DNA from: Aerococcus sp.
GTDB taxonomy: Bacteria > Bacillota > Bacilli > Lactobacillales > Aerococcaceae
Assembly (NCBI GenBank): GCA_030528285.1
Contig: JAUMZE010000007.1
Location: 19,316-83,315, forward strand
Direction of reading: 5' to 3'
DNA: 64,000 bases
In this document: positions 60,838 through 64,000 of the stretch, piece after piece
Numbering within the stretch: position 1 is the stretch's first letter
Layout of the letters: each line of letters begins with the position of its first letter
Position numbers and translations under genes: made by a program
The notes under the pieces: model-generated
Database searches by the model: none
What the model was told of the DNA's origin: nothing
Seen by the model: only the letters and a program-made list of their open reading frames with translations

Positions 60838-60978
60838 ATGAAATCAGCCTTTGAACAACCATTATTTGAATCTGTCACCTTCCCACAAGAGACGTTGGAT
60901 TTATTAGTGGAGCACTTCAAGGGCTATGATTTCATTAGCAACGAAGAACGATACCAATCAGAGGAGCCGTCTTTCTAG
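60838..60978 (+). pseudogene. 46-aa remnant, possibly of a flavin oxidoreductase
   Basis: GAAAGAGG RBS; MKSAFEQPLFESVTFP resembles the N-terminus of old-yellow-enzyme proteins; preceded by an operator copy and followed by a terminator. Confidence 0.4.
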
Positions 60979-61177
60979 ATAGGGAGGCGGTTTTTCTAGT
61001 ATAACGAAGAGTAAGCGTGGGGATTTACTTTTCACAGTGAAGCCATTATAATGAACCAGAAATCAAGAACAAGTCAATGAATCATGACAGTCAAAGTGTC
61101 TTTCGATTCATTTCTCACCAAGGGGAGAAGTGGATGGAGTGGGCACTTTTTTCTTTGTAAATAGGGAGGAATTAACG

Positions 61178-62566
61178 ATGAATGAGGGATTGGAGACGAT
61201 TGCGGCCATTTCAACGCCACCAGGAGAGGGAGGGATCAGCATTGTGCGCCTCTCCGGGGACGATGCATTGTCCATTGCTGATAAGGTCTATCGATTAGGA
61301 CAAAAGAAGCTCAGTAACCAACCAACGCATACGATTCACTACGGACACATTGTCGATCCAAAAACCAATCAGGAAATTGATGAAGTCATGGTGAGTGTGA
61401 TGCGCGCACCAAAAACATATACCCGTGAAGATGTGGTGGAGATTAATTGCCACGGTGGAATGGTGGTGGCCAGAGAGGTGCTCCAACTCCTATTGCGCGA
61501 GGGGGCAGCCATGGCAGAGCCGGGTGAATTCACTAAGCGAGCCTTTCTCAATGGGCGGATCGATTTGACGCAGGCGGAGGCCGTGATGGATCTGATTCGC
61601 GCCAAGACAGATCGTTCGCTCGCCCAGGCGATGAAGCAATTGGACGGACGGTTGAGTGAGGCGATCCATCAGTTGCGCGACCAGATTTCCGACACCCTCG
61701 TTCAGGTTGAGGTGAATATCGATTATCCGGAGTATGACGAGGAGGAGATGACCCTCCAAAAAATTGCCACTCGCGCCAAATCCATCCAGCAGAGCATCCA
61801 GGAAATCCTAAAAACCGCTAAACAGGGGAAGATTCTCCGTGACGGCATTACCACCGCAATTATTGGACGCCCGAATGTGGGGAAATCGAGTCTGTTGAAT
61901 CATCTGTTGCACGAGGAAAAAGCGATTGTGACGGATGTAGCCGGAACGACGCGCGATACGATCGAGGAATACGTGAACGTGAATGGCGTTCCATTGCGGT
62001 TAATCGATACAGCCGGCATTCGTGAAACAGATGATGTGGTGGAACGAATCGGCGTGGAGCGTTCCCGAAAAGCCTTAGAGGAAGCGGATCTGGTACTCTT
62101 ACTGTTGAACCAGAGTGAAGCATTGAGTGCGATGGACATCGAATTATTAGAGGCCACAAAACAAATGACGAGGATCATCCTTCTCAATAAGAGTGACCTC
62201 ACGCCGGAGTTGAATCAAGACGATCTCACACCTTACTTAACAAAGGCAGATGAGGTGCTGTCTACCGCGATTACGGAAGACCGCGGCATGAGCGACTTAG
62301 AGCAGCAGATCAATCAGCTCTTCTTCAGTGGAGCTACAGGCGAACGAGACGCGACCTATCTGATGAACACGCGCCATATCGATCTACTCGAGAAGGCGAG
62401 TCAGGCGCTCGATGACGTTCAAACAGGCATCGACAATCAAATGCCTGTCGATCTCGTTCAGATTGATTTCACCCGTTGCTTTGACCTACTAGGGGAGATC
62501 ACGGGTGAGAGTGCGCCAGACGAATTGATAACGAAATTATTTAGCCAGTTCTGTTTGGGTAAGTAA
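61178..62566 (+). CDS. mnmE: tRNA modification GTPase MnmE
   Basis: [33 protein letters not shown]-terminal FCLGK. Confidence 0.99.
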   Translation: MNEGLETIAAISTPPGEGGISIVRLSGDDALSIADKVYRLGQKKLSNQPTHTIHYGHIVDPKTNQEIDEVMVSVMRAPKTYTREDVVEINCHGGMVVAREVLQLLLREGAAMAEPGEFTKRAFLNGRIDLTQAEAVMDLIRAKTDRSLAQAMKQLDGRLSEAIHQLRDQISDTLVQVEVNIDYPEYDEEEMTLQKIATRAKSIQQSIQEILKTAKQGKILRDGITTAIIGRPNVGKSSLLNHLLHEEKAIVTDVAGTTRDTIEEYVNVNGVPLRLIDTAGIRETDDVVERIGVERSRKALEEADLVLLLLNQSEALSAMDIELLEATKQMTRIILLNKSDLTPELNQDDLTPYLTKADEVLSTAITEDRGMSDLEQQINQLFFSGATGERDATYLMNTRHIDLLEKASQALDDVQTGIDNQMPVDLVQIDFTRCFDLLGEITGESAPDELITKLFSQFCLGK

Positions 62567-62595
62567 CCCACAGTAAATCAGGGAGGTATCAATTA

Positions 62596-64000
62596 GTGAA
62601 GACCTATCAAGCAGGAAATTATGATGTGATTGTGGTTGGGGGCGGACATGCCGGGAGTGAGGCTGCCCTCGCCTCTGCACGGATGGGAGAGAAGACGCTC
62701 CTGTTAACGCTCAATATTAATATGATCGCGTTCATGCCATGTAACCCGTCGATTGGGGGCCCCGCGAAAGGTGTCGTCGTTCGTGAGATTGACGCACTCG
62801 GTGGCCAAATGGGACGCAACATTGATCAAACCTATATCCAGATGCGGATGCTAAACACCGGGAAGGGTCCCGCGGTTCGAGCATTGCGCGCCCAGGCCGA
62901 TAAAGAGGCCTACGCCAAAACCATGCGCGAAACCCTCGAGATGCAGGAGAACCTCACTGTGCGTCAGGCGTTGGTGGAAGATCTCGTGGTGAACGATGGC
63001 ATTTGCCAAGGGGTTGTGACACAAACAGGCGCAATCTACACCAGTCAGGCTGTCATTTTGACAGTAGGAACGGCTGCACGTGGGGAAATCATCATTGGCG
63101 AACTCAAATACTCAGCCGGCCCGAATAATTCCCAACCTGCCGAGAAACTCACCAAGAATCTCGCCGATAAGTACGGATTTGAGATTATGCGTTTCAAAAC
63201 CGGGACCCCGCCGCGTGTCAACCGCCGAAGCATTCATTATGAAGAAACAGATATCCAACCGGGTAGTCCAGAGCCACATCACTTCAGCTTTATGACGCCA
63301 GATTCCGCGTATCTTCCTGTGGAGGAACAGGTGCCGTGCTACTTGACCTATACGAATGGGGAGACCCACCAAATTATCCGGGACAACCTGGACCGGGCGC
63401 CAATGTTTACCGGCATTATCGAAGGAGTTGGTGCGCGTTACTGCCCATCGATTGAGGATAAGATCGTGCGTTTTGCGGATAAACCGAAACATCAGCTCTT
63501 CCTCGAACCAGAAGGACGCAACAACGAGGAGATCTATCTCCAGGGTCTCTCTACCTCCATGCCAGCAGAGGTGCAGGACCAGATCATTCATTCAATCAAA
63601 GGGCTAGAAGATGCCGAAGTAATCCGCGACGGGTATGCGATTGAATATGATGTTGTGCGTCCAAGCCAGCTCCAGCCCACCCTGGAAACGAAACGTGTCC
63701 AGAACCTCTATACCGCTGGGCAGACGAATGGCACGAGCGGTTACGAAGAAGCAGCTGGCCAGGGTCTGATGGCAGGAATCAATGCCGCCTTGAAGATCCA
63801 AGGTAAAGCCCCGCTTATTCTCGGTCGTGATGAGGGGTACATCGGAGTTATGATTGATGACCTCGTAACGAAGGGAACCACGGAACCATATCGCCTCCTG
63901 ACGTCTCGAGCGGAATATCGCTTACTACTGCGTCACGACAATGCGGATTGGCGACTGAGCGAGAAGGGACATCAGATTGGGTTGTTGAGTGAAGAACAAT
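62596..64000 (+). CDS. mnmG: tRNA modification enzyme MnmG/GidA (runs off the window)
   Basis: GTG start after GGAGG; [59 protein letters not shown]. Confidence 0.98.
   Translation, partial: MKTYQAGNYDVIVVGGGHAGSEAALASARMGEKTLLLTLNINMIAFMPCNPSIGGPAKGVVVREIDALGGQMGRNIDQTYIQMRMLNTGKGPAVRALRAQADKEAYAKTMRETLEMQENLTVRQALVEDLVVNDGICQGVVTQTGAIYTSQAVILTVGTAARGEIIIGELKYSAGPNNSQPAEKLTKNLADKYGFEIMRFKTGTPPRVNRRSIHYEETDIQPGSPEPHHFSFMTPDSAYLPVEEQVPCYLTYTNGETHQIIRDNLDRAPMFTGIIEGVGARYCPSIEDKIVRFADKPKHQLFLEPEGRNNEEIYLQGLSTSMPAEVQDQIIHSIKGLEDAEVIRDGYAIEYDVVRPSQLQPTLETKRVQNLYTAGQTNGTSGYEEAAGQGLMAGINAALKIQGKAPLILGRDEGYIGVMIDDLVTKGTTEPYRLLTSRAEYRLLLRHDNADWRLSEKGHQIGLLSEEQ

Noticed and set aside
25884-61000. Mobile element (ICE, prophage, IS) explaining the accessory blocks
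   Set aside because: No integrase, transposase, relaxase, phage gene or flanking direct repeat was found.

Overview
Origin-of-replication region of a Firmicute chromosome (lactic-acid-bacterium-like gene content; genus not assignable), shown in reverse orientation. The conserved backbone is rpsR-ssb-rpsF, gyrA-gyrB-recF-yaaA-dnaN-oriC-dnaA (minus strand) and rpmH-rnpA-yidC-jag, mnmE-mnmG (plus strand). Three accessory blocks interrupt it. (1) About 3-15.9 kb: ABC transporters, a two-component system and pseudogenes. (2) About 25.9-48.1 kb, between dnaA and rpmH: a folate biosynthesis operon divergent from a THF-dependent histidine-utilisation cluster, with a BTAD-AAA-TPR regulator, an orphan GlmL/MutL-like ATPase and a MerR module. 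(3) About 50.8-61 kb: a quorum-sensing class II bacteriocin locus. In that locus I read an unannotated 58-aa double-glycine pheromone gene and three LytTR-type promoter boxes, two of them overlapped by cre-like sites. The first 1.5 kb is non-coding and holds a parS array interleaved with a dense DnaA-box cluster that lacks DnaA-trios. No CRISPR array, tRNA, rRNA or transposase was seen. All calls are from reading the sequence and recalling family motifs; no database searches were run.
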